A DNA stretch of 64,000 nucleotides from Candidatus Latescibacterota bacterium (GCA_965226795.1 CBDDDZ010000005.1:96001-160000); one strand, 5' to 3'. Positions 20,201 through 30,238 are shown, counted from the first letter of the stretch. The notes: generated by a model from the sequence alone, not told the origin. Numbers and translations: made by a program.

Positions 20201-20849
20201 AGTTCGTCATCGCGGAGTGGTAGATCGGCAGGAAGAAGCCGAAGTCCGGATTCTGGTTGGAACGGCTGCTGCCGATCAGGCCGAATGCAAAGGGCATGCT
20301 GTTGTGGGAGGATTTGAGCGTGATGTGGTGGGTGAGTTCGTGGGTGAAGACGTCGCGTACCCAATCGTGGGTGCCTCGCGAGTCCCAGTTCAGCGGCGAG
20401 GCCCCGAATGTGATGACGTTGCCCAGATAGAAAGAGGATGCGTTACCCAGAATATCTATATCGGAAACGAGCACATGAATCGGGGCATATCTTTCTATGG
20501 AGCCCGGGTAGTGGCTGGAAATTTTCTCGAACGTGTCGTCTGCGATCTCCGCAATGCGACGGGCCGTATTCTCGGCTTCGGCGTAATAGATGGCGAAGTA
20601 CCTGGTGCGGATTGCCCGGGCGCCGGGCACACGAAGGCCGAGCAGGGTGGGAAAGAAATGCTGCTCGTGTCTATCCCAGGTGTAGTCGGGCATGGTGCGG
20701 TTCAACGGCACGTCGGCAATGTCGACGGTGGGACCGCGTTTGAACTTTTTGGGGATCTGCTGGGCGTCGGAGGGGAAGAGTACACCGGACGAAAAAGCGA
20801 TCAATATCGCGCTGAAAAGGCTGATGGAAAGGAACGTGGATCGGTTCAC
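17283..20849 (-). CDS. Exported protein: HEXXH peptidase-like domain + TolB/PD40 beta-propeller + probable C-terminal outer-membrane beta-barrel
   Basis: Signal-peptide-like start (GTG at 20849), THELTH and WFAEGIAQ, repeats FSPDG/WTPDG/VSPDG, BamA-like LGGIGTLRGY and aromatic C-terminal strand IYFGLTI. Confidence 0.75.
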   Translation of the reverse strand: MNRSTFLSISLFSAILIAFSSGVLFPSDAQQIPKKFKRGPTVDIADVPLNRTMPDYTWDRHEQHFFPTLLGLRVPGARAIRTRYFAIYYAEAENTARRIAEIADDTFEKISSHYPGSIERYAPIHVLVSDIDILGNASSFYLGNVITFGASPLNWDSRGTHDWVRDVFTHELTHHITLKSSHNSMPFAFGLIGSSRSNQNPDFGFFLPIYHSAMTNWFAEGIAQFEAGKYGDDRWDTHRDMILRMATLENDLLSYTDMGVFGKDGFKSEQVYNQGYAFLNYLAETYGPDSVRAMSRDRPIVNFKSAVKKSTGISAPRLYDEWTEHLDRRYGAMADSIRASGQREGELLTDRGDVEHFPTFSPDGTKMAFISNEGSDYAIMEMLVMDLTTRKLTKVARSRKYGKYVNLPFSWTPDGNSLVYSKSVGGNWDIFVYDLIARKERRLTVGLRGRDPAVSPDGTKIAFVGNRDGTSNLGILNIDGTEVRYLTNNNNGTQYYTPRWSEDASRLLFSIFRGEDRDIAVINADATPRPKKTDKKKTEKIELAERIAARKKAETEVDSAQAEADSLALAEAALRDSMVAFPDSLAFANNAGFEVIINTTADERDPVWLPGGGGILYASDRTGIFNVYAFDLATGRQEQLTNVIGGAFSPSVSPRGDEILYSGYQAANYNIYSIRKSDAVAAAPADSLTRDYSSIYKGKKIGDLFNTGRYTPRLTSIGVVPIVVLGPTFIGNRFGLDQLSAGAEAAWGDLLGSDNIYAGFTVGKNLKKGVDLNSNFSAFYTKGLPAVHTEDRTYAPRIYIGASQQTINSLIDRGIVNSRRDTTSGTLQIVIDDTLRLVPGVTNFTNLSLTEEDRYKNLFKDFVVGVETSVGRRQVLSLSYGHRRYQESTHIEQVILDSTRLVQNRNGEITDITDQIPGLGEDEVVFDDFLYRDLSFFKSNDLAVGWRYLNFLPAKDTFVNPSRGRAITLRYRRINATVADSLFETQLNPDGVAAPTFRSDQTKLGINEYIVSWNEFIGLPGRSTLALQAFVAYKDKPIKDVQENTTSAEGVFYYPLRYYLGGIGTLRGYPYFSSSGGKALLARASLTFPIFKNAAKELPPFHFDKIYGTVFVETGATGNFESLRALLDSDDRFKRSAFLTDWGFELRMQVFNNYRLPMYGYFQIAFPTRHRIQGVDIDKSRIYFGLTI

Positions 20850-21009
20850 AATTGCTTCTCCTGGACTTCGGTGGTGGGATTGGACGGCCGTCGGGAAGTT
20901 GAACGATGCGCCAGGGCGCGGGTCGACAACCCTGTCTTGCTCGCGCCGGTCACGGTTCGGCCGCAAAGTTACATAATTAGACTTCCAAAGGCAACGAACG
21001 GTTCCAAGA

Positions 21010-21999
21010 TCATGCCGTAGGGAGGTGCTGACGGGTCCGAAGGATACAGGCGACGCTGTGGTTTCCGCCAATTTCAAGCAGTTCGGGCACGATCTTTGTG
21101 CAGGCGTCTTCGCGCTCCGGGCAGCGGGGGTGAAAGGGGCAGCCTTGAGGCACATTCGACGGGCTGGGTACGTCGCCGGTGAGTACCGTGCGTTGTTTTT
21201 TGATACGCGGGTCGGGCACGGGAACGGCCGAGAGCAGGGCGCGGGTATACGGGTGTTGAGGATCGCTGCAGAGGGTGTGGCTGTCCGTGATTTCCACGAT
21301 ACGCCCCAGGTACATCACCGCGATGCGGTTGGAGATGTGTCTGACAACGCTCAGGTCGTGCGCGACGAACAGAAAGGTAAGGCCGAACCGGGCTTGAAGA
21401 TCCTGGAGAAGATTGATGATTTGCGCCTGAATAGACACATCCAGGGCGGAGACGGGTTCGTCCGCAACGATAAATTCCGGATTCACGGCCAGGGCCCGCG
21501 AAATGCCGATGCGCTGGCGCTGGCCTCCGCTGAATTCGTGGGGATACCGGCGGGCGTGGTCGGGACGGAGGCCCACCGTGTCGAGAAGTTCGGCCACCCG
21601 CTCCCGCGTATTGTTGCGATCGGTGAGTTTGTGGATTTTTAGCGCTTCGGCCAGCATCCCCCCCACGGTCATTCGGGGGTTCAGCGAACTGTAGGGGTCC
21701 TGGAAGATGATCTGCATACGGCGCCTTACGGCGCGAAGTTCGGAGCGGTTCAGGCTGAAGACGTCGACTCCGTTGAACAGCACGCGACCCGCGGTGGCCT
21801 CGATGAGCCGGAGGATCGTTCTTCCGGCGGTGGTTTTGCCGCAACCGGATTCTCCCACCAGACCCAGGGTTTCGCCTCGTTGAACGCTGAACGAAACCCC
21901 GTCTACAGCCTTCACGTAACCGACGGTCCGGGAAAAAACTCCGCGGGTGATGGGGAAGTGTTTTTTGAGGCCGTGGACTTCGAGCAGTGGCTTGGACAT
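21010..21999 (-). CDS. oppF: Oligopeptide/dipeptide ABC transporter ATP-binding protein (OppF/DppF)
   Basis: [33 protein letters not shown]. Confidence 0.92.
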   Translation of the reverse strand: MSKPLLEVHGLKKHFPITRGVFSRTVGYVKAVDGVSFSVQRGETLGLVGESGCGKTTAGRTILRLIEATAGRVLFNGVDVFSLNRSELRAVRRRMQIIFQDPYSSLNPRMTVGGMLAEALKIHKLTDRNNTRERVAELLDTVGLRPDHARRYPHEFSGGQRQRIGISRALAVNPEFIVADEPVSALDVSIQAQIINLLQDLQARFGLTFLFVAHDLSVVRHISNRIAVMYLGRIVEITDSHTLCSDPQHPYTRALLSAVPVPDPRIKKQRTVLTGDVPSPSNVPQGCPFHPRCPEREDACTKIVPELLEIGGNHSVACILRTRQHLPTA

Positions 22000-22009
22000 A
22001 TCGATCCGA

Positions 22010-23011
22010 TCACGTCGCGGGAGAGGGATAATCTTCGACCATCCAGCAGGCCACGAGGCGGTTACCGGCGGTCGGTTCCAGGCGAGGCTCGTCCGTTTCA
22101 CATATGTTCTCGGCAAACGAACACCGTGGCGCGAACCGGCACCCGGAAGGGAAGCGCGTGGCGTCGGGAACGGTCCCGGGAATAACGGATAGCCGGTCTT
22201 TTTCTTCGTTGAGTGAGGGTATGGATTCCAGCAGCCCCTTTGTATAGGGGTGCTGGGGGCTGGCGAAGATTTCGCCCACGGTTCCGGTTTCCACGATCTT
22301 TCCGGCGTACATGACCGCCACGCGATCCGCGACCTCAGCGATGACGCCGAGATCGTGCGTAATCATCAGGACGGCCATCCCCAATTCTCTTTGAAGCCGG
22401 TCCAGAAGTTCCAGAATCTGGGCCTGAATGGTCACGTCCAGCGCCGTGGTGGGCTCGTCGGCGATGAGCAGTTCCGGATTGCAGGAGAGGGCAATGGCAA
22501 TCATCACCCGCTGGCGCATGCCGCCGGAAAGCTGGTGAGGATATTCGTTTGCCCGTTGTCCGGGATCCGGAATGCCGACCAGGTCGAGCATGTCCACGGT
22601 CCTGGCCCGAGCGGCGCCCTTGCCAAGACGCTGGTGGAGCATGACGGCTTCGTCAATTTGGTCGCCGCAGGTGAAAACCGGGTTGAGGCTTGTCATCGGC
22701 TCCTGGAAAATCATCGCGATGTCGTTGCCTCTTACACGCTGGAGTGCGGTTTCGTCCAGACTCAGCAGATTCCGTCCGTTGAACCGGATCTCCCCCGAGA
22801 CAATTTCACCCGGCGGTTCGGGTATCAAACGCATCAGGGACAGAGACGTAACGCTCTTGCCGCATCCGGACTCTCCCACCAGTCCCAGTGTTTCCCCCTT
22901 TTTGAGGGTGAAGGAGACCCCATCCACGGCTTTGGCGACCCCGCCGTCCGTATGGAAATACGTCGTTAGTTCTTCGACGGTTAATAGAGGTTCCGACATT
23001 AAACCGACCAT
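22010..23011 (-). CDS. oppD: Oligopeptide/dipeptide ABC transporter ATP-binding protein (OppD/DppD)
   Basis: [43 protein letters not shown]. Confidence 0.92.
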   Translation of the reverse strand: MVGLMSEPLLTVEELTTYFHTDGGVAKAVDGVSFTLKKGETLGLVGESGCGKSVTSLSLMRLIPEPPGEIVSGEIRFNGRNLLSLDETALQRVRGNDIAMIFQEPMTSLNPVFTCGDQIDEAVMLHQRLGKGAARARTVDMLDLVGIPDPGQRANEYPHQLSGGMRQRVMIAIALSCNPELLIADEPTTALDVTIQAQILELLDRLQRELGMAVLMITHDLGVIAEVADRVAVMYAGKIVETGTVGEIFASPQHPYTKGLLESIPSLNEEKDRLSVIPGTVPDATRFPSGCRFAPRCSFAENICETDEPRLEPTAGNRLVACWMVEDYPSPAT

Positions 23012-23108
23012 GAGTTGAGCATGCGTTTACTTCGGATGCGCCGCGAAACGGGCCGCCGCGCGTGTTTGAAAGGGACACCGCCGATCGGCAATCAACCGCT
23101 GGGCCGGA

Positions 23109-23852
23109 TCAGAAGAGCGGCGGATTCAGATTCAGCCAGTCTTCCAGTAGAAAATCCACGCGGCCGATCAGCAGGGAGATGCGCGCCATAACGGTATAAC
23201 CGAACGAAGCGCCGAATGAAACCATAAGGAAATATATGCCCACCCTGGAGATGCCGCCGACGACCCCCTTATGCTCGATGGAGAAATAAAAGTAAATGAG
23301 TACACTCACCACGCCGATCAGGATGATCGCCGGGTTCAGGGCAGCCCATCCGAAGTCCGTCGATACCTGCGAAAACGGGCTGATTGTGGGTCCGATCTGC
23401 TCGATGACGAAGGAGGAGACGCGCCGGGGGATGGCCAGGCCGGCGCCGAGCCCCACGAAAAAAGCAAAGGAGATGCGGCTGAGCCAGACTGCCCTGCCGA
23501 AAAAGCGTGTCATCAGAAAAAGACCGAGGCCCGCCGGGACGATCACCCACCAATTGACGCCCGTGTCAGGCGGTGGACGGAAGAGGGGGTTGATGACGTC
23601 CACGAGGATGCTCTGATACCAGACCAGGGCGAGTTCGTAGGCGGCGACAACGCCGACGTAGAGGTGCTCGGCCAGCTTGAAGAGCGGATTATCCCGATAC
23701 AGGAAGCTGTAAAGGGCGAGCGTGATGCCTGCGGCGAGGATAACTCCGAAACCCGACCAGCTTGCATCCAGGCTGCCGACGGCCAGGAGATACCCGTTTA
23801 CGACCGCAAAAAGCAGAATAAGGATCGGGAAGACGATGTGTTCTCTGTCCAT
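23109..23852 (-). CDS. Uncharacterised polytopic membrane protein (GlmL/DUF6754 cluster)
   Basis: About 7 hydrophobic segments; YSFLYRDNPLFKLAEHLYVG and FGASFGYTVMARISLLIGR motifs. Confidence 0.7.
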   Translation of the reverse strand: MDREHIVFPILILLFAVVNGYLLAVGSLDASWSGFGVILAAGITLALYSFLYRDNPLFKLAEHLYVGVVAAYELALVWYQSILVDVINPLFRPPPDTGVNWWVIVPAGLGLFLMTRFFGRAVWLSRISFAFFVGLGAGLAIPRRVSSFVIEQIGPTISPFSQVSTDFGWAALNPAIILIGVVSVLIYFYFSIEHKGVVGGISRVGIYFLMVSFGASFGYTVMARISLLIGRVDFLLEDWLNLNPPLF

Positions 23853-23864
23853 GCCGGTGTCCTT

Positions 23865-24692
23865 TTACGAGCGTGATGCCCCGCGGTGCAGAAAGTAGAC
23901 GACGTTTCCCAGCAGGATAAATCCGATGATGACCATATGTGCGACGGACTGGGGGCGCATACCGCTGACCGCCTGCGCTCGCTTGCCCACAAGGGTTTCG
24001 TATTCCGCTGCGCCCGCGAGCCCGCCGATGAGTCCGTTGAGCTGCCGGGACTGAAGGAAGGGAAAGAAATCAGGCGCCATCACGGCGGTACAACCGGCGC
24101 CAAGGGGAAACCGGTATCGTTCCTGTCCGTACGCGATCCATTCGTCGACGCCGGGATACCCGGCGGCCAGGTCGACCACGTAGTCGAAATCCTTCAGGGA
24201 GCGAAGATTTCGGGTGAGGGGCATTTCGGTGGTGGCAACACCCCGGATGTCTTCGGAAAACGCGGCGTGCAGATCCTGCCCCATGTTCAGGATCAGGATC
24301 GCACCGCCGGCCTTGAACCCGAGGAACGCATAGTCTGTACCGTTAACCCGTCCGTATTCTTCCGCCGCTGTATCAAACGCCTGCATAGCGAGCCCCACGG
24401 CTTCGGTGATGAGGGTCACGCCCACAACCCGGATGTTCCGGCTGAAGCAGTGTCGCAGAATGGCCAGGGCCATGGGCTGAAGTTCCGGCTGTGAACTCGG
24501 GCCGTAGTCGAAGGAGATGAGCACGACGGCATCCGACTTTCCTGCCAGGCCCTCCACGGTGTCGTAAACTGCGCGCACGTTGGGCGTGGCTTTGATGGGC
24601 AGTTCGAAGCCGATAAGCAGAGGAATACATACAGCCAGAAAGACGGCCAGGTAGATGATACGACGGTCGATGTTCAGAAGGCGTTCGATCAT
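23865..24692 (-). CDS. Uncharacterised membrane-anchored protein with N- and C-terminal TM helices and a central alpha/beta domain (GlmL/DUF6754 cluster)
   Basis: Start ATG at 24692 overlaps the upstream stop (ATGA); SFDYGPSSQPELQPMA, GTDYAFLG, GLIGGLAGAAEYE motifs. Confidence 0.7.
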   Translation of the reverse strand: MIERLLNIDRRIIYLAVFLAVCIPLLIGFELPIKATPNVRAVYDTVEGLAGKSDAVVLISFDYGPSSQPELQPMALAILRHCFSRNIRVVGVTLITEAVGLAMQAFDTAAEEYGRVNGTDYAFLGFKAGGAILILNMGQDLHAAFSEDIRGVATTEMPLTRNLRSLKDFDYVVDLAAGYPGVDEWIAYGQERYRFPLGAGCTAVMAPDFFPFLQSRQLNGLIGGLAGAAEYETLVGKRAQAVSGMRPQSVAHMVIIGFILLGNVVYFLHRGASRS

Positions 24693-25345
24693 TGTCCTTT
24701 CTCTCCGAGATAGGATCTTTCGATGCCGAAGATGATGCGCAGGGCCGTCGCGATGGCGCCGAGGCTCACGCCCAGCAGGATGCCGCGGCGGGCGGCCAGG
24801 TTGGGAGTGGCCATCAGCCACTGGGACACGGTGGGCAGGTGTTCCGAGATGAGCGCGCCGATGGGTACCCGGCCCATCATGACGAGCAAGGCGGCAATAA
24901 GGAGCACAACGGCCTCGGCCGAACGGGCGCGGAACGTGCGGTAGGCGGCGGAAGCGATAAAGAAGGCGAGGAGAGAGAACATGGTGGCCCCGCCGGCCAC
25001 GTGGATGTGGGTATACATCCAGTTAAGGTCCAGGCCATCGCCCTGCGCCATTGGCTGCAGGGGTCCATGTCCGTTGTTGTAGGCGGCCAGTATTGCCGTG
25101 ACGATAAATCCGATGTACACAACGGCGCTGAAAGCCCACCCGGCCTGTTTGCGTTTGACCCGGTTCCCATGCATCTGCAACAGGCTGTGGATACCCAGGA
25201 ACAGGGCGAAGGCGGCGATGATTCGGTACCAGGTGGAGGTTGTAATCTCAACCGGCTGGGCAACCGGAATATAGTAGGTGAAAATGCCGATCATACCCGC
25301 TGCAAAGGCCACGAGCAGCGGAAGGGTGCGTTGGAGGAAATACAT
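24689..25345 (-). CDS. Uncharacterised polytopic membrane protein (GlmL/DUF6754 cluster)
   Basis: About 6 hydrophobic segments; ATMFSLLAFFIASAAYRTFRAR and LRIIFGIERSYLG motifs. Confidence 0.7.
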   Translation of the reverse strand: MYFLQRTLPLLVAFAAGMIGIFTYYIPVAQPVEITTSTWYRIIAAFALFLGIHSLLQMHGNRVKRKQAGWAFSAVVYIGFIVTAILAAYNNGHGPLQPMAQGDGLDLNWMYTHIHVAGGATMFSLLAFFIASAAYRTFRARSAEAVVLLIAALLVMMGRVPIGALISEHLPTVSQWLMATPNLAARRGILLGVSLGAIATALRIIFGIERSYLGEKGQ

Positions 25346-25399
25346 TCGGTTTTCTCCGTGCGAAATGGGGTCTTGAACGTGGGCGTTTTGCCGACGTCG

Positions 25400-26584
25400 T
25401 CAGCCAAGGATCGGCCAGAAGCCGATACCGGCCAGTACCGAACCGAGCACCAGAATAAGAATCAGGATTGCCTTCCCCAGGTCCTGTCCCTTCAGGCTTC
25501 CCAGAAGCTTTGGGTCTCTGGAGAGATAGGCGCTGGCGGCGTAGAGTTCCTCCCCCATCAGGGTATAGTCGCAGGTCGTGATAAAGAACGGAAGCTGTGT
25601 ATAGGCATCGGTTGCGGCGATCTGGATGGCGCCGGTCGTGGAGCCGGTTTCCGCCAGGAGCAGGGCTTCGGCGTAGAAATAACCGATCAGAAGATTGGCT
25701 GCCGGCTTCTCACGCACCATCAGGCCCTCCAGCGCGGCCGCGTAGCTGAACTGATCCGCAGCCGCCAGAAAGACGTTGTCCGGGTTGAACGCGTCCGGTC
25801 GCCCGGCCTCGATGCAGGATTCCTTGACCACTTCCTGGCTCACGGACATGACAATCGGATCCCGGTTACCCACCTTGAGCTGAGTATCGTATTGGGCGGT
25901 TCTTTTCGCCACCTGGCCGAGAATATTCACGGCGGCAATGGTGGAGGGGCTGCCCATGTCCTGCAGCCCGTGGATGAAAAGCACCGGCTTTCCCATTTCG
26001 GTTGCCCGGCCGAGGGCTTCGTCCAGAGCGTCCAGGCCGGCCAGCCGGCGGATATAGAGACTCTTGCGGCGGGCAAGCCGGATATAGGCGAGGATCATAA
26101 TGGAGAAGAGCACGGCCAGTACGAAATTTGGGAGCTTGGTCCAGTCGAAAAAGTTGCCGCTGGCCTGGGCCTCGACAACAGCGTGGCCCACACCCTGGAT
26201 TCCGAGGCGAACGAAAAAGGGCCGGTTGTTTTCGAGCCTGATCCGATCCGGTCTCTCCGGAACGCGGTAGGATTCAATATGGACGAAGTGACGGTTGCGG
26301 CTCTCCTCACCCCTGCCGAACGTGGCCGGCTCGTCGGCCATCGTCGGAGCCGTTTTCGGGTCCAGTTCCACGACGTCATAAAAGGGTCCGTCCACCGATT
26401 CGGAGACGCTGATACGATAGCGCGCGCTGTCCGGCAGGAAGTCGATCCGCCGCCAGGTGAGCGTGATGCTGTATCCCTGGTCGTTGGCCGTGTCGAAAGC
26501 CCGAACGTCGGCGAGCACCTGGTCTGCCGCGGCGGCAGGCGAAGCAGCGATGGCAAGAGCGAAGAAGAGAGATAGATACGCCAT
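25400..26584 (-). CDS. DUF6754-like domain protein with signal peptide and FN3-like N-terminal domain
   Basis: Signal peptide, DTANDQGYSITLTW beta-rich domain, TM helix, IRRLAGLDALDEALGRATEMGKP, DYTLMGEELYAASAYL. Confidence 0.7.
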   Translation of the reverse strand: MAYLSLFFALAIAASPAAAADQVLADVRAFDTANDQGYSITLTWRRIDFLPDSARYRISVSESVDGPFYDVVELDPKTAPTMADEPATFGRGEESRNRHFVHIESYRVPERPDRIRLENNRPFFVRLGIQGVGHAVVEAQASGNFFDWTKLPNFVLAVLFSIMILAYIRLARRKSLYIRRLAGLDALDEALGRATEMGKPVLFIHGLQDMGSPSTIAAVNILGQVAKRTAQYDTQLKVGNRDPIVMSVSQEVVKESCIEAGRPDAFNPDNVFLAAADQFSYAAALEGLMVREKPAANLLIGYFYAEALLLAETGSTTGAIQIAATDAYTQLPFFITTCDYTLMGEELYAASAYLSRDPKLLGSLKGQDLGKAILILILVLGSVLAGIGFWPILG

Positions 26585-26665
26585 TGCGTGTCTCCTGGCG
26601 GCCCTATTCAGGCGCGCCGGATTCGTTGGGGCAAGGATGGAAGTGGCGATCGGGCACCGGATACA

Positions 26666-27787
26666 TTACGCTTCGATCCTTTCGGCGTTTGCGCGGGGTA
26701 TCACGGCCTGTTGTCCGTTCTCGAACCGGACTTCCAGGACGCGTACCCGGATTTCCGATTCAACGACCGCCAGTTCGGAAGGCAGGGCGGTGATCACACC
26801 GGTTTTTCCAAAATATGGCGCCCGGATCGTTCGGATCGGATCTCCGACGGAGAGGCCTTCCCGGTCGACTGAATCCTCGGCAGCGGCCGAACCTCCCGGG
26901 TCGGGAACGATGATTTCCGGACGAAGCACGCCGGCGCGGATCTGGGTTGCGCCCGAGATCGAAGCCTCGTCGCCGTTCCTTTCGTTAAGGATGTCGAAGG
27001 TCTTCCGAGCCATGGCGATGTCGCCGAATCCTTCGGTGACCACGACGGTGAGGCCGATTTCCTCGGTGCCGGTAATGGCCACGCCGAGGTCGTAACCCAG
27101 CAGGCTCCGCAGGTCGTGGTCGCGAATGCCCCCGCCAATGAGGCCGGCCGCTCCGGTTTCCCGCGCTTTCCGGATGAGATCGAGGGTAACGAGGCCCCCG
27201 GCGACGAGAATTTTTCCAGCACAGGAGGCGTCGATTCGATCTTCCGGGAGCCGCTCGTCGGGGGTAGCGGCAAGCGTACGGATCGCACCCCAGCTTTCGC
27301 CGCCAATGCCGAAAATGCCCTGAAGAAAGGCGCCGGCGGTTTCAACTACGACCCCCTGGCCGGGAATGGTTTCCACAACGGTGCCGTCCACGTAGGCCCG
27401 TACCTGTACGGGACGGGGCGGGCCGCGCAGGATAACTTGGCCGGTAACAGGCGATACGCTTTCCACTGTGCCCGTGACGGGCGACTCCACCGTGGTTTTG
27501 AACCACCGGATGAACGGTCTGGTCTCGGCAATGGGTTCCCCGGCCTGGACCGGTTCTCCGTCCTTCTTGAGCATCAAGGTCGGGAGTTCGTCGGGGGTGA
27601 CGCTCAGCCTGTTGACCAGGTTCAGGATGGTCACGTCGCCCGGCAGATCCGTCCGGGCCACGACCTGGTCGCGCTGTACAGATTCACCTTCCGAAACCAG
27701 CACCTCTCCGGTGAGTGGCAGCTGACGTCTCTTCCGTATGGTTGCCCTGCGGGTGACGCGCAGGCCGGGGGTGTAAGTATGCGCCAT
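26666..27787 (-). CDS. Uncharacterised soluble protein with barrel-sandwich-hybrid-like repeats and a C-terminal KOW/SH3-like domain
   Basis: Start MAHTYTPGL (ATG 27787); GEVLVSEGESV, KKDGEPVQAGEPIA...SPVTGTVESV, GDPIRTIRAPYFGKTGVI. Confidence 0.7.
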   Translation of the reverse strand: MAHTYTPGLRVTRRATIRKRRQLPLTGEVLVSEGESVQRDQVVARTDLPGDVTILNLVNRLSVTPDELPTLMLKKDGEPVQAGEPIAETRPFIRWFKTTVESPVTGTVESVSPVTGQVILRGPPRPVQVRAYVDGTVVETIPGQGVVVETAGAFLQGIFGIGGESWGAIRTLAATPDERLPEDRIDASCAGKILVAGGLVTLDLIRKARETGAAGLIGGGIRDHDLRSLLGYDLGVAITGTEEIGLTVVVTEGFGDIAMARKTFDILNERNGDEASISGATQIRAGVLRPEIIVPDPGGSAAAEDSVDREGLSVGDPIRTIRAPYFGKTGVITALPSELAVVESEIRVRVLEVRFENGQQAVIPRANAERIEA

Positions 27788-27861
27788 TGGTTCAGAATTC
27801 CGTAAGGGTCCTTCCGCCTTATAGTCGCGCCGGCGGCGACCATTGGCGGGTGGCCATGCTC

Positions 27862-28932
27862 TCAGATTTTCATTTTTGGATCCAGGGCGTCCCGCAGGCC
27901 GTCGCCAAGCAGGTTGTAGAGGGTTACGGTGATAAAGATGGCAAATCCGGGTACGATAACCAGCCACCAGGCCGCGGTATTGTTCCGGGCGCCCGCGAGG
28001 ATCGCACCCCAGGTGATGGCCTCGGCAGGTACGCCGATGCCGAGAAAGCTGAGGCCGGATTCGGCCAGAATGGCGCCCGCCACCCCGAACGCCGCCGGGA
28101 TGAGTACGGGCGCGATGGCGTTGGGCAGAATGTGGATGAACATGATCCGGCCGCTGGAATATCCCAGACTCCTGGCCGCCGAAACAAAGTCGTAGCTTCT
28201 CACCTGCAGGAATTGCGACCGGGTGAGCCGGGCGATCCCGACCCAGCCGGTGAAGCCGAGGATCATCATCACGAAAAAGAGGCTGGGCGGGAAAAACGCG
28301 GCGACCGTAATAATCAGAAAGAGGGCGGGGATGGCGGCCCAGAGCTCGAACAGACGGGAGAGAATCAGATCGGGCCAGCCCCCGAAATAACCCGCCAACG
28401 CGCCAAGTGAGACGCCGATAATCATCGAGATCGCTACCGAGACCAGCCCGATGGTGAGCGCGTAACGGGTTCCGTGGATCAGCCCTGAAAGTACGTCGCG
28501 GCCCAGTCGATCCGTACCCAGAAAATGCGTCGTGCCGGGCGGTTCGTACTTCTCGCTGAGATTAACGTCGCTGGGACCATAGGGGACGGGCGGGAAAATG
28601 GCGTATTCGGAGTTCAGGCGCTTGAAGTTCCTCCTTCTCCTGAGCGGCTGCTGCCAGTCGGCCAGCCGGAGATAGACGGCGTACTGACGAAAAGCGGGGA
28701 AATAGGTCTTGCCCCCGTATTTCATAAAGTAGGGTTTGTTGCCCGCGAGAAAATCCGCGAACATCGCCGTGAGCGCCAGAACGCCGATCGCCGCCAGGCT
28801 GACAAGGGCCGGGCGATTTCTTCTGAACTGCTGCCAGACCAGCTTTGAATAGGTCTGGCTCTCCTGGACTGCCTCGGGTTCGGGCGTTCCAGCGTCCGCT
28901 TCGGTGAGGTCGCGCGTGGGAGTGGCGGCCAT
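27862..28932 (-). CDS. oppC: Oligopeptide ABC transporter permease (OppC/DppC)
   Basis: HFLGTDRLGRD, FVSAARSLG...HILPN, ESGLSFLGIG, LGDGLRDALDPK. Confidence 0.92.
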   Translation of the reverse strand: MAATPTRDLTEADAGTPEPEAVQESQTYSKLVWQQFRRNRPALVSLAAIGVLALTAMFADFLAGNKPYFMKYGGKTYFPAFRQYAVYLRLADWQQPLRRRRNFKRLNSEYAIFPPVPYGPSDVNLSEKYEPPGTTHFLGTDRLGRDVLSGLIHGTRYALTIGLVSVAISMIIGVSLGALAGYFGGWPDLILSRLFELWAAIPALFLIITVAAFFPPSLFFVMMILGFTGWVGIARLTRSQFLQVRSYDFVSAARSLGYSSGRIMFIHILPNAIAPVLIPAAFGVAGAILAESGLSFLGIGVPAEAITWGAILAGARNNTAAWWLVIVPGFAIFITVTLYNLLGDGLRDALDPKMKI

Positions 28933-28936
28933 AAAT

Positions 28937-30238
28937 TCATCCCTGCAGACGAGAAAACTCGATGCGCGGGTCCACGACTTTCAGGAGGATGTCCGCTAGC
29001 AGAATGCCAAGCAATGAGAGAAACGACCCGATGGTCAGAATGGCCATTACCATGGGATAGTCGCGTACGAGTACGGATTGAACGCCCAGAAAGCCCAGAC
29101 CCGGTATGGTGAAAATGGTTTCTATAAAGACCGAGCCGGCAATAACGGCCGGAAGCAGATTACCCAGAATGGTGACGATGGGGATCAGGGAATTTCGGAA
29201 GACGTGCCTGAGAATCACGATTTTTTCGGGCAGACCCTTAGCCCGGGCGGTGCGCACGTAGTCCTGCCGGAGATTTTCCAGCATGCTGGTGCGCATAAAA
29301 CGGGATAGGCCCGCGAAGCTGGCATAGCTGGAGGCCAGTACCGGCATGGCCATGTGATGGGCGTGGTCGGTTAACAGCCGCCAGAAGCCCCAGTCGGAGG
29401 AGGCGTCCAGGGACTGGATGCCCGAGGCCGGAAACCAGTAGAGAAATTCCTTGTTGCAGAAAAACACGATGAGCAGCATGCCAACCCAGAACGAAGGCAT
29501 GGACCACAGGATGAAGGTTCCGGTGGTGAGTGTGCGATCGGTCCGGGTGTCCTGTTTGACAGCCAGCCAGATACCCAGCGGAAGTCCGATGGCATAGGCG
29601 ATGATCAGGCTGATAATGTTGATTTCAATGGTAATGGGCACCCGCACCAGGATATGGGCGATGACCGGTTGCTGATCCTTGAAAGAACGACCGAAATTGA
29701 GTGTGACAAAGCGCCGGTCGAAGAGATGGAAGAGCAGCAGGCCGGCGCCGGTATATTCGTAGTTTTTCTCCAGCTTGACGGTTTTGCTCTCCCAGAAAGA
29801 CGAAAGGACGAGTGCCTGCGCCTCGTCCGGATGATATTTTTCGAAATTGCGAATGAACCGCGCTTTCCGCGCCTCGCTTTCCAGTGCGGCCAACTCACTT
29901 CGTTCGTCCGGGTCCAGTTCCGCGAGAAAGCCGTCGACGCGCCTGCCCGTGCGTTCAAAGTTGTTCAGTGGCTCCACGTGTAGAACCAGGCTCGATAACC
30001 AGTTCAGGTACTGGATGTGCAGCGGCCTGTCCAGGCCGAGTTCGCGGCGCAGTTCCTCCCGCGTTTTTTCGAAATCGGACTTCCGATCCGTCGAGATGCC
30101 CTCCTCTCCCGCCATTCCTCCGAGAAAAAAGTCTACCGGGTCTCCCGGCGCGAGGTGCATGACAAGGAAAGAGATGAGGGTGATGCCGATCATCGTCGGG
30201 ATCATCAGCAGGCTGCGCTGCACGATGTATTGAATCAT
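28937..30238 (-). CDS. oppB: Oligopeptide ABC transporter permease (OppB/DppB)
   Basis: LAPGDP, LGLDRPLHIQY, DYVRTARAKGL...HVFRNSLIP, VDPRI. Confidence 0.92.
   Translation of the reverse strand: MIQYIVQRSLLMIPTMIGITLISFLVMHLAPGDPVDFFLGGMAGEEGISTDRKSDFEKTREELRRELGLDRPLHIQYLNWLSSLVLHVEPLNNFERTGRRVDGFLAELDPDERSELAALESEARKARFIRNFEKYHPDEAQALVLSSFWESKTVKLEKNYEYTGAGLLLFHLFDRRFVTLNFGRSFKDQQPVIAHILVRVPITIEINIISLIIAYAIGLPLGIWLAVKQDTRTDRTLTTGTFILWSMPSFWVGMLLIVFFCNKEFLYWFPASGIQSLDASSDWGFWRLLTDHAHHMAMPVLASSYASFAGLSRFMRTSMLENLRQDYVRTARAKGLPEKIVILRHVFRNSLIPIVTILGNLLPAVIAGSVFIETIFTIPGLGFLGVQSVLVRDYPMVMAILTIGSFLSLLGILLADILLKVVDPRIEFSRLQG

Noticed and set aside
24692..26575. 627-aa plus-strand ORF (also 10292..11374, 14798..16249, 19782..21020, 46061..47080)
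   Set aside because: Antisense shadows of well-supported GC-rich minus-strand genes; no recognisable motifs.
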